A stretch of 64,000 bases of DNA from Nitrospirales bacterium (GTDB taxonomy: Bacteria; Nitrospirota; Nitrospiria; Nitrospirales; UBA8639): NCBI GenBank assembly GCA_963555755.3, contig OY820905.2, positions 2,144,001-2,208,000 on the forward strand, read 5' to 3'. Shown one piece after another: positions 1 to 13,945 of the stretch (positions are counted from its first letter, which is position 1; every line of letters begins with the position of its first letter). The position numbers were made by a program, and so were the translations under genes. The notes under the pieces are model-generated. The model was not told where the DNA came from, searched no databases, and worked only from the letters and a program-made list of their open reading frames with translations.

Positions 1-1080
1 ACATAATAAGTGCACCACCTTCACGGTTGGCTAGCTGGTATATTCTCTGGCCGACCAAAGGAGGCGGTGCCCAGATGACACAACGTTATACTCAGCTGAC
101 CGAACTTGAGCGCTACCACTTGTACACGATGCGAAAGCCAAACAAACCCTTTCGAGAGATTGCGAAGGGAATGGGGCGATCCCACACCACCCTGAGTCGG
201 GAGGAAACGCGGACCACCGGCCAGCGGGGCTATCGCGACCAACAAGCCCAGCAGAAGGCGGGCCAGCGACACACGGACAAGCCCAAAGCCGTGAAGCTGA
301 CGGAGTCGGTGCTGGCGTATAGTCACGAGAAACTTCACGCCTGGTGGAGTCCAGAGCAAATATGTGGACGCGTGGGGCTCGAGCAGGGCGTCTCGTTACG
401 CCCAGAAACGATCTATCGCGTGGGGCTGAAAGACCCGCAGCAAGGCGGGCAACTCTATCGGCACGTGCGCCACCACGCCACGCCGTACCGCAAGCGCTAT
501 GGCCGCAAGGAATATCGGGGACGCATCCCGGGCCGAGTCGAGATTGCCGAGCGTCCGACCGTCGTGGACACCCGCGCACGGGTCGGCGAGTGGGACGCCG
601 ATTTAGTGATTGGCCGCGGGCATAACGGGGCCATCGTGACGCTGGCCGAGCGACGGTCTCGGCTCTATCTGGCGCTGCCGAGCGTGCGCAAAACCGCGGA
701 CTGGACCACACGGGCGATCCCCTCACTGTTAGCGGCCTTTAAGGACTGGACCCCCACCATCACCTATGACAATGGCCGAGAGTGCAACGGCCACGCCACC
801 ATTGCCAAGGCCTTGGACTGCCAGGGCTTCGTTGCTCGCCCGTACCACAGGTGGGAGCGAGGCTTACACGAGAATAGCAACGGGCGGCTCCGACAGTATT
901 TTCCCACGGAGATGCCGCTCGACACGGGGTCCACGGAAGCGGTCACTACTGCCGTGGAGGCCATGAATCATCGACCCCGGAAATGCTTGGCGTTTCAAAC
1001 GCCTTGGGACGTGTTCTCGCGACTCACTCAATCAAATATTCAATTGAAAACCTGTGGTGCACTTATGGGTTGAATTCGCC
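1..1080 (+). mobile_element. IS30-family insertion sequence (transposase ~76-1073), left end cut by the window edge
   Basis: WSPEQI, W(D)ADLVIG, TYDNG, ERGLxENxNGxLRQYFP and NHRPRKCL motifs. Inverted ends ATAAGTGCACC (6-16) and GGTGCACTTATGGGTTGAATTCGCC (1056-1080). Several conserved residues are altered. Confidence 0.9.
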
Positions 1081-1110
1081 GTTCTTTGCTGTCGAGGCAG
1101 TGACTCTTTT

Positions 1111-2859
1111 TCAACTGTTAGCACATGCGACGTGAATGCCGGACTCATCTTCGTTTTCAAAGGTAAAGAAGAAGGTTGCTCCGTCCCCTACGGCCGACTC
1201 AGCCCAAATGCGCCCATTATGCAATCGAATAATACGCTGGACCGTGGCTAATCCAATACCGAGACACGGAAATTCGCTCAACCCATGTAATCGTTGAAAG
1301 GCCATAAACAATTTATCGGCATACGCCATATCGAACCCAGTGCCATTATCATGCACAAAATACACGGGGTTACTGGTGTGCTGTGACATCCCTAATTCGA
1401 TTCGGGCGGATTCGACCTGGCTGGTAAACTTCCACGCATTCCCGAGGAGGTTTTCTAGGGCGACCCGGACTAAGGAGGTATCCCCGATTGCTCGCAACCC
1501 TTCGGCAACGGTCCACTCCACCTGTCGTTCGGGTTCGGCACTTTGAAGGTCGGTCAATACCGACTGGGCAAGGGTCGTGAGGTCGACGGCTTCCACCTCG
1601 AGTTCAGTTCGGGAAAGCCGAGCGAGATTGAGCAGGGCATCAATCTGTTTGGCCATGCGTTGGCTTGCCTCTCGCGCCCGCTGGAGGTAACGTTGGGAAG
1701 TGGGATCAAGTGTGTGCCTGGAGTCTTCCCACACCGCCTGACAGAATCCGTCAATCCCGCGCAAGGGGGCTCGAAGGTCATGGGCCACGGAGTAGCTAAA
1801 GGCTTCCAATTCTTTGTTTGAGACTTCGAGCTCAGCTTTTCCGCGCATGAGATCGGTGTTCAGGTTGCGAATGTCCTCCTCCGCCCGTTTCCGTTCGGCA
1901 ATCTCCGACATGAGGAGCGAATTGGCCTCTTCCAACTTGGCTGTTCGTTCGTGAACCCGAAGCTCTAACACATCATGGGCTTTGCGCAGTTCTTCCTCAG
2001 CCTGCTTTCGTTTCGTGATATCTTGAGCCACGCAGACGATTCCCTGAAAGTGACCTTGGTCATCCATCAGGACTGCACCAGAAAATGCCACCGGAATGGT
2101 CCGGTGATCTTTTGTCATATACGTTGACTCGAGCGCACACATCGAGCCGTCTTTTAATAACTCCTCTATGAACGTTCCTTGAATTAATTCTTCACCAAAG
2201 ATGAGACGAGTATGCTGTCCAATCAACTCCTGCTCTTCGAATCCTAACAGAGCCAGCGTGGCCTGATTAATGACCCGAATGGTCATGTCCGCGTCGATGA
2301 CCACGAGGGTATCGTTCATCGACTTGATGATATTGTCCACGTAGGCCTTTGACATGGCGACCTGATGATGAGCGTCCTCCAGTTCCTGATGGTTGTGTTC
2401 AAGCTCGGTTTGCGCGTGCTTCAACTCGTGCAAGACCTTGTCCACGGTAGCTTTTTCGCGATACAGGTCAAGAAAGACCTTCACTTTACTTTGGAGGATG
2501 TCGGGATTAACAGGTTTAAACAGGTAATCCACGGCTCCCAATTGATACCCCTTTGAGATATATTCTCCTTCTTTGTTCATCGCGGTCACAAAGATGATGG
2601 GCACATGACTGGACTGTGCATACTCTTGGATCAGTGAGACCGTTTCAAACCCATCCATCTCGGGCATCTGCACATCCATCAAAATAAGGGCAAAACGATG
2701 ACGCAGCACCTGAGACAGCGCTTGATTGCCGGACAAGCCTGTCAGGACCTCAGCGTCCAGTGGCTTTAACAACGTGGCCATGGCAAAGAGATTCTCTTGC
2801 CGATCATCAACCACGAGGATCTTTGGACGTGCTGTTACCTGATGGGATACTTCGTTCAT
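1111..2859 (-). CDS. Hybrid sensor histidine kinase (REC-coiled coil-PAS-HisKA-HATPase)
   Basis: ILVVDD..LMDVQMPEMDG receiver, PAS, FSYSVAHDLRAPLR H-box, NLLGNAWKF, DNGTGF, GIGLA. Confidence 0.92.
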   Translation of the reverse strand: MNEVSHQVTARPKILVVDDRQENLFAMATLLKPLDAEVLTGLSGNQALSQVLRHRFALILMDVQMPEMDGFETVSLIQEYAQSSHVPIIFVTAMNKEGEYISKGYQLGAVDYLFKPVNPDILQSKVKVFLDLYREKATVDKVLHELKHAQTELEHNHQELEDAHHQVAMSKAYVDNIIKSMNDTLVVIDADMTIRVINQATLALLGFEEQELIGQHTRLIFGEELIQGTFIEELLKDGSMCALESTYMTKDHRTIPVAFSGAVLMDDQGHFQGIVCVAQDITKRKQAEEELRKAHDVLELRVHERTAKLEEANSLLMSEIAERKRAEEDIRNLNTDLMRGKAELEVSNKELEAFSYSVAHDLRAPLRGIDGFCQAVWEDSRHTLDPTSQRYLQRAREASQRMAKQIDALLNLARLSRTELEVEAVDLTTLAQSVLTDLQSAEPERQVEWTVAEGLRAIGDTSLVRVALENLLGNAWKFTSQVESARIELGMSQHTSNPVYFVHDNGTGFDMAYADKLFMAFQRLHGLSEFPCLGIGLATVQRIIRLHNGRIWAESAVGDGATFFFTFENEDESGIHVACANS

Positions 2860-2929
2860 GCTCACGACCTCACCCGACGCCGCAGGACGTTGAAACCTTC
2901 CCTGAGCCTCCCGAAGGAAAGCATGCCCT

Positions 2930-3115
2930 GGGCGATGGCCAATCCGCCGAGGGACGTGCATAATTGACTCGGGGAGTCACTTGATAGACTGAAAGACCGA
3001 CCAGGTTCGACCAACAAATGATAGTCCGGTGGAGCGAGGTACAGTTTCCAGCCTGGATCGCTTCCATGGCAATGACCCGCCGCTTGATTTGACACAATAG
3101 AATCGAACACTGCAC
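2930..3115 (-). pseudogene. Frameshifted CheB-like methylesterase fragment
   Basis: YLAPPDYHLLVEPGRSFSLS and VNYARPSAD lie in different frames. Directly upstream of the REC-HK gene. Confidence 0.7.
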
Positions 3116-3164
3116 GACAACGTCTGTCTCTTCCCATCCGTCCCCCCCTCTCTACTGGCTAGTG

Positions 3165-3400
3165 CCCTAAACTTTTTTGCGAGCAGCTGTCGCAAGTGAT
3201 GTCTGTCCAAAGCCATGTCGGTGAGGAGCCGGAACAGCTTCAGATTCCATTCGTCGAGCTGTTTGAGTTGCAGAACCTCCCTGCTAGAGAACCTGCGGTC
3301 TATTCCCCGCCATCTGAGTTGTGCCCAGGAGTTTGGCTCCCAACGTAAAAGGGTGAGGTTCCAGGAGCTCAAGGCTCACTTCGGCCATCGTGTGGTTAGG
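3165..3400 (-). pseudogene. IS3-family OrfA remnant
   Basis: EVLQLKQLDEWNLKLFRLLTDMALDRHHLRQLLAKKF resembles the IS3 OrfA leucine zipper. Confidence 0.6.
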
Positions 3401-4159
3401 AGGGTTGGTTGAGGATACTCCGTAAAGAGTTCGCCACGTTCTCATCATAACCATCTTCCTGCGAACCTATGTCATTCCATTCGGGGAATAGTGAAAAAGT
3501 GTGCCCTGAGCCCTGCAACCTGGCTCAAGATAAATTCCTTCGAAGGGGGTACCAGCGGTGTTCCCTTGGGACGTCATGCGTGAAGCGTAATCGGTGAAGC
3601 GTAGGGGAAAAAGAGCATACGGTGTTTCTCCCACGGATCACGCACCCGGCCTTCCTTCGGCAAGACTCAGGACACGTTTTGAATATCCCCCTTCGTTCTT
3701 TATGGTGTATCCAGTTGGTCCGATGTGGACGATGTTGCGAGAATTTTGAGTTCTTTAACAGTTCCTTTCGGTCGTGTGTCTGAAAACACCTATCGGCTAT
3801 ATTGGCGGATTCTTGCTAGCACAAGATGCCTTTGGGCAAACAGGTATGAATAGAAAGATTATAGGGTGAACTTTTTGCGGTGAGGAGAATTCTTGGGCAA
3901 GATCACACAATACAAATGAAAACGGATGAAGGATTCATCCTCGCTTCAGATTGAAACCGGCCTCACTGTTTTTCGAGCAGCCACAGGTGCACCACATCAA
4001 AATGGCACGAGTATACGGGATCGCCTACGTCAAGCGACCCTCCCGTTGCATCACCTCGTTGAGAATTTTCTACGTTCCGTTGAGAGCCACAGCTCCTCAA
4101 TCAGGCTCTATGGGTATAGGGCTCAGTACGCGTGTTTTAGAATAGACCCCTTCACCTGC

Positions 4160-4312
4160 TGACTGGCCCGATCCTAGAAAAATGAACCGGTCAGACCCTC
4201 CGCGTAGGATACACTCCCGCATATCAGGCAGCGGAGTCTGCAGATTGACCCCACACCAGGTTCTTTGGTACTTTGCGGTCCAGTCAAACAGGCCATTTAA
4301 AATTCCTATTCC
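4160..4312 (+). mobile_element. IS91/ISCR-type oriIS end remnant
   Basis: Ends in TTTAAAATTCCTATTCC. Inverted homolog at ~11500-11660 lies downstream of an ISCR-like transposase C-terminus. Confidence 0.6.
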
Positions 4313-4506
4313 CAACGCCTGGTGAGGGAGCGGAAGGCAAATGGCAAGTGAGTAGGGTGCTGATTCGAGAAGGGTGAGACGTAGGGTATGACGGGGGCAC
4401 GAAGGGGAAGGAGTGGTCTGAGTGAATGATTGCTGAACCTCAATGAACTTCATGCCGTCAATGAAGACCGCATTGGGGCAGCCTATTTCTAGTTCGGCAC
4501 TGAGAT

Positions 4507-4947
4507 ATGACCACCCTAGAGAACACTAAACGTCTCCTTCTTCGGGCAAGCTATATCTTGCTAGGACCAACTCTTTCGTTGCTAGCCATATTATTGTTAG
4601 TGGCGCAATTCTTAGAGATGACTGGCAGAAGAGAGATTCTGCCTCTGACGTCCTTCGTTGTGCTGGTATCCTTCAGTGCCCTGGCATTCAACTGGTGCAG
4701 AACATCTTCAACATTTTCTTCTGAAGCGGCACTCGAGAGAGTATTTCGGTCTGCGGTCGAGCTATTTATCGCAAGCTTGCTCGCCCTGGTGTCGGTCGCA
4801 TTGGGGTTCATGAAGGAAGGCACCATCTGGATTCCCGCAGCCCTTGCTCTGCCTATTTTCATTCTTCACTGGATTTTCCTTGCGCTTGCGCTTCTCCTTT
4901 TTCTCCTGTCTATTTTCACTCTGATATCTCTCGCTCGACCGAAGTAG
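4507..4947 (+). CDS. Hypothetical membrane protein (~4 TM)
   Basis: 146-aa ORF with four hydrophobic stretches. Confidence 0.6.
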   Translation: MTTLENTKRLLLRASYILLGPTLSLLAILLLVAQFLEMTGRREILPLTSFVVLVSFSALAFNWCRTSSTFSSEAALERVFRSAVELFIASLLALVSVALGFMKEGTIWIPAALALPIFILHWIFLALALLLFLLSIFTLISLARPK

Positions 4948-5028
4948 ACCATCCCCCACCGCCACTTCCCACGCCCCCTCCTCCGAGATACTTGCCATCC
5001 AACTGGGGAATGTTCAAAAAAGCATGCC

Positions 5029-6869
<1,841 letters not shown>

Positions 6870-6870
<1 letters not shown>

Positions 6871-7501
6871 GTTGTCGTTTAATAGTGCCGGTGGGGTGCT
6901 GAAGTCCTTGGACCACATGACTCATCACGATGTCAGTCTGCTGTATCACGAACTCCTGCATGCGTATCTTGATTACTTGTTCAATGGGCCTGGACCGGAA
7001 GGCCTGAGCACAAACGCGAATCGAGTGCGCACGTTTGCCAATGCACAGCTTCGTTGCCACTATCGTTTTGTGCGGATCAATCCCGTGCGGCAACGACGCG
7101 ATGCCACCGAGATGCGGTTCCTATCTCAAGAAGATGCCTGGGAAGTGATCAACGAAACCTGGGCCGTGTTTATCGGCTGGCAAATCTGGACGAAATTAGA
7201 ACAGCATCGGGAAAGCCCGCGCATAGCCCCCTGGACCGAACCCTTGCTGGAAGATTGGGCGATCCGCCTGGCTGCGGCCAACACCGGTGGGGAGTTGCTG
7301 GGATATTACGAGCCAGACGATCCTGATGAACGACGAATTGCCCGCAAACGCTTTATAGCCCCCTCCCATGGGTTAACTCCCGAAAGAGCCAAACTTCTAA
7401 TCGAAGTCATATTGGAAGAGCCGAAAGACGTGATCGACGAAGGCAGCTTCGTCATCAAAGAAACCCAAGATACCTCCCAAGAAAAACTCCCGTGTAATTA
7501 G
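6870..7501 (+). pseudogene. Hypothetical protein, 5' end removed at the IS1380 junction
   Basis: Long open frame (LLYHELLHAYLDY, HExxH-like) starting at the IS junction. Confidence 0.5.
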
Positions 7502-7531
7502 ATAGGTATTGAACTTGCTATTCCTCGTAGG

Positions 7532-7950
7532 TCCCCCCTTTGGAAAAGGGGGTTAGGGGGATTTTCAAATCTTTTTCCATCTGAATACCCCGTCAGCTTG
7601 CTCCGGGTATCTTTATTAAAGCAGGGGATAAAAAGATTAAAAAAATTCCCCTCCTTTGTAAGGAGGGGCTAGGGGAGGTAGAGTCTCCCTCTGTTAGGGT
7701 TGGGGAGAAATCTTCCTCCAGCTGATCACCCAAACCTCGACAACAGCAATCCAAAGATGCTAGCGTCGAGCCAGGCAGTGGTCATTTGAATTGGCTCGAA
7801 ATAATTGAAACGCGCCTGTAGCTCAGTGGATAGAGCACTGGCCTCCGGAGCCAGGTGCCGCAGGTTCAAATCCTGCCAGGCGCGCCATTTTTATGATAAG
7901 GGTTTGTGCTAGGTCCCCCTCCTTTGTAAAGAGGGGCAAGGGGAGGTAGA
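7532..7950 (+). repeat. Three CCCCTCCTTTGTAA..GAGGGG..AGGGGAGGT-type hairpin repeats flanking tRNA-Arg
   Basis: Copies at ~7532, ~7648 and ~7916. Related copies at 36681-36900 and 36970-37013. Confidence 0.7.
7812..7887 (+). tRNA. tRNA-Arg(CCG)
   Basis: Cloverleaf GCGCCTG..CAGGCGC, anticodon loop CT-CCG-GA, GGTTCAAATCC, CCA end. Confidence 0.97.
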
Positions 7951-8051
7951 AACCCCCTGATTCAAAGAAGTAATGGATTTTGTTTTTCGTAAAAATTTTA
8001 TCGAAACACGAGATACGCTTCACGAGATACCATTAGTTTTCTCCCCTCGGT

Positions 8052-8127
8052 GGGTCGTTAGCTCAGCTGGTAGAGCAGCTGACTCTTAATCAGCGGGCCC
8101 GGGGTTCGATCCCCCGACGACCCACCA
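8052..8127 (+). tRNA. tRNA-Lys(CTT)
   Basis: GGGTCGT..ACGACCC acceptor stem, anticodon loop CT-CTT-AA, CCA end. Confidence 0.97.
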
Positions 8128-8499
8128 TCTTTTTCTACATAGTATTGTACTTCCCCCGATGTGGTGGACACATCAGAAAAGCGCCATGATCCGACAAGGG
8201 GCAAAACAGCCGGTCCAAAGGCCCAACAGAATCACCGCCACCGATGATCACATGTCTTGCATGCTCAATTCTTGAGACACGGCATACACCCACCCAGCAC
8301 AACTTCGCCTCGCATCGCTTGTTCCTCCAACTCGGATGAGGGTAAGCCATACATGATTGGCACGGTCTGTTTACTCCCACATTTGGGGCAATGAGATGGT
8401 TCTGGGTCCTCGGTCATGCCAAAAGTCTAATGGTCAAAAGGGTAACCTGTTGGCCCCTTCAGGGCACTCCGGGTAAACGACACGCATGAAGATGTCTCC

Positions 8500-9160
8500 C
8501 TATGTTCGCCATCCGTTTGGTTTCGGAACGCCGAACAGGTATCGCCGCCCTTCGCCTCGGTGCACGGCTGGCACGAAGCGCCACTCCACGTCCTGTCGAC
8601 TCGCCGCGAAGTCCTCGAACCAGGTTCGATTATCGATGTCCTCAAACCGGTCCTGAAACCCGATCAGAAAGTAACGGAAGCGGGCGAGGGCAGGCCGCCA
8701 CTCCTCCCGCAGCCCGAGGGGAGTTTCGCTGAGCGACCACGTGGCCAGGAAGACCGCATCGCCCTGCGAACCGGCCGAAGGTGATGCTTCCTCCCGGCGT
8801 TCGGAACGCGTGATCCCGAAGAGTGCGTCGGCGAGCTCGCCTTCGCCGACCTCCGCCCTCACCGACCGTAGATAGAACCGTTGCAGGGCGGAGAACTCTG
8901 GCAAGTCGTGGATATGGTAACGGCCGCGAAACCCGAGTCGCGTGACGAGTCGAGCCATGCTCCCGTATCCGCCACCGAACTCCACGATCTCGGTGCAGGC
9001 GACGATAGACCGTCCCGTGGCACTCTCAAACCGATGGAAGTGGTACGCGTGGTGGATGAGGGTGCCGCTCGTAGTGGGGTAAATATGGCTCGGCATCGGC
9101 AGACCTGCCCGATTCTCTCGGAGCGCATCTCTCCAGCGCGTCTCCCACCCGCTCGAATGG
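8500..9160 (-). pseudogene. Putative sugar O-methyltransferase, 5'-truncated, GC-rich
   Basis: IVEFGGGYGSMAR, YHIHDLPEFSALQRFYL and LATWSLSETP motifs. Abuts the IS630 end. Confidence 0.65.
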
Positions 9161-9167
9161 CGAAGCG

Positions 9168-9790
9168 CTATAGTAATTTCAATATTTAACTATAGTTCTT
9201 AATGATGCTGTCAATTGTTTCAAGTTCATGAAATTCTCTTCTTTTTTTGATGGCCGCAACGTCGTGGTCGATGGGATTGAAGTCTGGCGAATAGGGCGGC
9301 AGCAACAAGAGTGTTGCGCCGGCTTGTTCAATGAACTCTTGGGTTTTGTTGGACTTATGAAACGCGGCATTGTCCATCACCACCACATGATTCTCATTCA
9401 GCACCGGGCAGAGTGATTCTTCCAGCCATTGAGTGAAAATCTGTGTCGTACACGTACCCTCCCACAACTGAGTGGCCTGCAGGGCCCCATCTATTGGGGC
9501 CGCTAAGAAGCAGGTGCGTGGACGGGAATTCCCTGGGCGTAACCCATAAACCTGCTGCCCCCGCGATGCCCGGCCATACCGCCGGACTACTTCCGGCTCA
9601 ACGCCACTTTCATCACCATAGACAAAAGCCTTTTTCCGCCGTCGATCGCGCTCTCGAAGCCGCAAATAGGCTTTCCGTTTCATCGGATCGCGCTCCTTGT
9701 AGCCCCCAGTCTTTTTTTACGGGTGATGCCCCATTTTTTGCACGCATAGAAAATCGTGGACGGATGCGGTGCCGTCAACTCACCTAAGTT
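9168..9790 (-). mobile_element. IS630-family remnant (split transposase)
   Basis: DESG, VVMDNAAFHK and LPPYSPDFNPI motifs. Upstream-frame LRAKNGASPVKKDWGYKER region. TA-ended terminus at ~9168. Confidence 0.85.
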
Positions 9791-10039
9791 AGCGCATATG
9801 GGTATTGTCAACTTAGGGGAATTTGATCAATAAATAGGCAGTTCTTCCTATCATAACTCATTGATTGTTCAGGATTGAGATTATGGGCTCAAGGTAGAAA
9901 TGAAGCCAAGTTTAGCTTAAGTTGCGGATTCATATAATAAGTGCAATTCCTTCGGGAACATGGATGATTTCGTTCCAGCAATGTACCCCATCGTGGCACC
10001 CTGAGAAATTGCACTTATTATATGAATCCGCGCTCGCCC

Positions 10040-10180
10040 CCCCTACTCATGCCCGCTACGATCTGGACGACCGCAGCACTCGGAACCGGAACGGGCTTCG
10101 GGATGTATGTTCTCAGCACACTCGCGACCTTCATCGTCTTTCTCATCCTGGTGGCGCAGCACATGCCCTGGCTAAGTTTT
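10040..10180 (+). pseudogene. MgtC/SapB-like C-terminal fragment
   Basis: PATIWTTAALGTGTGFGMY resembles the MgtC TAATIWxxAAIG motif. Confidence 0.45.
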
Positions 10181-10249
10181 AGCGAGGACCGCCCCCATCA
10201 TGGTGACCCAATCCATGTCATCTCCTTCCTTGCTTCTGCATGTGTGGAC

Positions 10250-11416
10250 TCACTGAGGGGCGGATTGCTCGTCTTGCGCCACATGGCCTCTCATGGACTT
10301 TTCAACGATGTTGGTTTGAATTTCCCACGCAATGACGCGGGCCAGTTGGTCTGTCGAGAGCGCGCCCATGGGCAGGCCCTTTGTGTCGGGATAAAACGAA
10401 TCCTCCGGGGCGGCGATGCGATGATAATTCACCAAGATCTTTGCGGGTTGAATCGGCGTTCCGCGTTCTCCCACGAAGACGGCGTTGTCTTTCATCGCCA
10501 CACGGGTTCGCGTTGCCCAATCGCGGTCATCGATGTTGACAAAGGCCACGTTCCAGACTTTTCCATTGAGCAGACTTCTGACCGCTCGCTGGGTGTGTTC
10601 CTGGAAAAATGGCTCACGAACAATGAGTTGCAGAGCCTCGCGAACACGGATGTCATACAATCGGGTGGTTTCATCTTGGTGCGTCGGCCGCGTGAGTGTG
10701 GTTGAGCCTACTTCATAGTAGCCTTGTCCCTTGAGGCGCTGCTGATCATCCTCGGTGGTGAGGTAGGTTGCGAACAGACGTTGGAGGCTCTGGAGGCGTT
10801 CGTTTCCCGACATGGCACGAATGTCTTTGTTGGTGTTAATCGGGGCTTTCTGAAGATCTCGACGGATGCGCACCCGGTTGAACCTAGGTGCCATGGATGC
10901 TTTACTGACCACCCATTGAAACTCCCTAGCCAGCGACGGAATCAGTTTTTTAGGATGGGTGAGATGGCCCTTCTCCTCTAACATCGATGCACTGATGAGC
11001 AGTTTGACCTTGCCTTTGTGTTTTGTTCTGACCACAAGGAAAGTAAATTCTTTTCCCTCTCGGTTCACCACTCGGTGTTCAATCAAGACCTTTTGGAGTA
11101 GATCCTTGGTCAGCGCTTCATCGAAGCGTTTGTATTGAGTCCGGTGCTGTATCATTTGGCTCAATGCGTCGACGACAGTATGGATGGCCTTAAGAGCGTG
11201 CGTGTGATCAAAGTTCGCGCCTCTCGCTCCAAATTCTCCCTTCCCCCAAAATACCTGAAATGGCGCACCAGGAATCGGGTGCCCTGTTATCATGCTTCTT
11301 TCTGGAAATGTATCTCCTTCATGTGTCCTGGGGCTTCCGCTGGCCGGGGAACCAAGCATGGCCAGCCAGCCTATGGCTAACAATGCGACCCAACACCGTC
11401 CTACCCAATGCCGCAC
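10250..11416 (-). CDS. Exported hypothetical protein
   Basis: 388-aa ORF with signal peptide. Confidence 0.75.
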   Translation of the reverse strand: MRHWVGRCWVALLAIGWLAMLGSPASGSPRTHEGDTFPERSMITGHPIPGAPFQVFWGKGEFGARGANFDHTHALKAIHTVVDALSQMIQHRTQYKRFDEALTKDLLQKVLIEHRVVNREGKEFTFLVVRTKHKGKVKLLISASMLEEKGHLTHPKKLIPSLAREFQWVVSKASMAPRFNRVRIRRDLQKAPINTNKDIRAMSGNERLQSLQRLFATYLTTEDDQQRLKGQGYYEVGSTTLTRPTHQDETTRLYDIRVREALQLIVREPFFQEHTQRAVRSLLNGKVWNVAFVNIDDRDWATRTRVAMKDNAVFVGERGTPIQPAKILVNYHRIAAPEDSFYPDTKGLPMGALSTDQLARVIAWEIQTNIVEKSMRGHVAQDEQSAPQ

Positions 11417-11499
11417 ACTGGTACATTGCCCCTTGGGACTAGGGTTGCGATTTTGGAATAAAAAGAGTTGGAATCTTTGAGTTTACATCTCATTTAAAG

Positions 11500-11720
11500 G
11501 GGGAATAGGAATTTCCAAAGGCCTGTTTGACTGGACAGCACGGTACCAAATAATTCGGTGAAGGGTCAATCCGCAGACTCCGCCGTCTGATATGCCGGAG
11601 TTTATCCTGCGAGGAGGGTCTGACCGGCCCATTTTTCTAGGATCGGGCCAGCATGTCGCTCCATTGCGGTGTGTGAGTGGGGGAACTGGGCAAAGGAAGC
11701 CTGTCGGCTCGAGCACTGAA
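11500..11720 (-). mobile_element. IS91/ISCR-type oriIS end
   Basis: Minus strand ends TTGGAAATTCCTATTCC. Homologous to 4160-4312 and 13361-13445. Confidence 0.6.
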
Positions 11721-11840
11721 CCGGAATCCAGGGTGGGATGAGGCTGTCTGGGTCTGTTGAATATTTCAGGTTCAAGGCCCATAGATGCTTCAGGTAAGCC
11801 TGCTCGCACCAGTGGGAGGGAACGTTCAAAAAAGCATGCC

Positions 11841-13056
<1,216 letters not shown>

Positions 13057-13177
13057 GAGTCTTTCCGAAGGGTCTATCCAGCAAGGCCGCAGCCCTTTTG
13101 ACGCGCGGAGCGTACTCTCAGTACGTGAGCACGGCAAAATGGCGAGAACGCCGCTGGCGGCTTTTTTCAACATTCCC

Positions 13178-13290
13178 TGTCTGGAAGCATTCGTCGATGC
13201 GAGCCGGTGACCGCGGTGGAGCACGCGTGGGCACATCCAGGTGGGCGAGAATCATGACGATCACGGCGGGATCTTCAATGGCCGGGATGA
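13178..13290 (-). pseudogene. IS91/ISCR transposase C-terminal fragment
   Basis: IPAIEDPAVIVMILAHLDVPTRAPPRSPAR. Cut by a TGACCCC repeat block at ~13330-13360. Confidence 0.75.
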
Positions 13291-13454
13291 GGGTTAAGGG
13301 GCCTACACAGGGTCGAACTAAATAAGTCAATACTCATGCCTGACCCCATACTTGACCCCTACTCATTTTTCTAGGATCGGGCCAGCACGTCGCTCCATTG
13401 TGGCGTGTGAGGGTGGGAACTGGGCAAAGGGAGCGTGTCGGCTGCAAGTCACAG

Positions 13455-13919
13455 TTAAGGCGTTGTGGTGGTATCTTCACAGTGAGAATTTGAGAGACTA
13501 GTGTAATCTATTTGCCCATCGATGTTTTCTGCTATACCGTTGTAGCACACATGTGTGTGTTTCCAGCCTTTACTATTCCAACCCGCGACAGTTTTTGAAG
13601 TACCACATATAATGACTGCTCTGGCACTAGTTCCTGCCGGAAAAACATACTCCGCTGTTTCACCGGGCTTTTTATTACCTCTTCTTTTACAGATAAACAC
13701 CCTATTACCACCAGTGTTACCGCAAGGTTCACTGCCCGCACATCCCACTGCCATGAATAACACATCAAATGAAACACCATCAGGGAATCCCACGCCATCT
13801 ATCGTGTTGGTCTCAATAGTGACCTTATACTTGTTGCCACTCCCAGCGATTGAATTAGCTGGTAAAACAGAGATTGCCATCAGTGAAATTCCTAAAATCA
13901 ACATGGATTTTTTAATCAT
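13455..13919 (-). CDS. Secreted Cys-rich hypothetical protein, low GC
   Basis: AGGAGGA RBS, signal peptide MIKKSMLILG.., six Cys. Confidence 0.7.
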   Translation of the reverse strand: MIKKSMLILGISLMAISVLPANSIAGSGNKYKVTIETNTIDGVGFPDGVSFDVLFMAVGCAGSEPCGNTGGNRVFICKRRGNKKPGETAEYVFPAGTSARAVIICGTSKTVAGWNSKGWKHTHVCYNGIAENIDGQIDYTSLSNSHCEDTTTTP

Positions 13920-13945
13920 TGTCTGTCCTCCTGTATTGATTGCCC

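Noticed and set aside
4460..4990. Integron cassette around the membrane ORF
   Set aside because: GTTCGGC upstream is suggestive, but no convincing attC or integrase was found
8052..8500. Prophage or island att site at tRNA-Lys
   Set aside because: No integrase or duplicated tRNA 3' end was seen in the window
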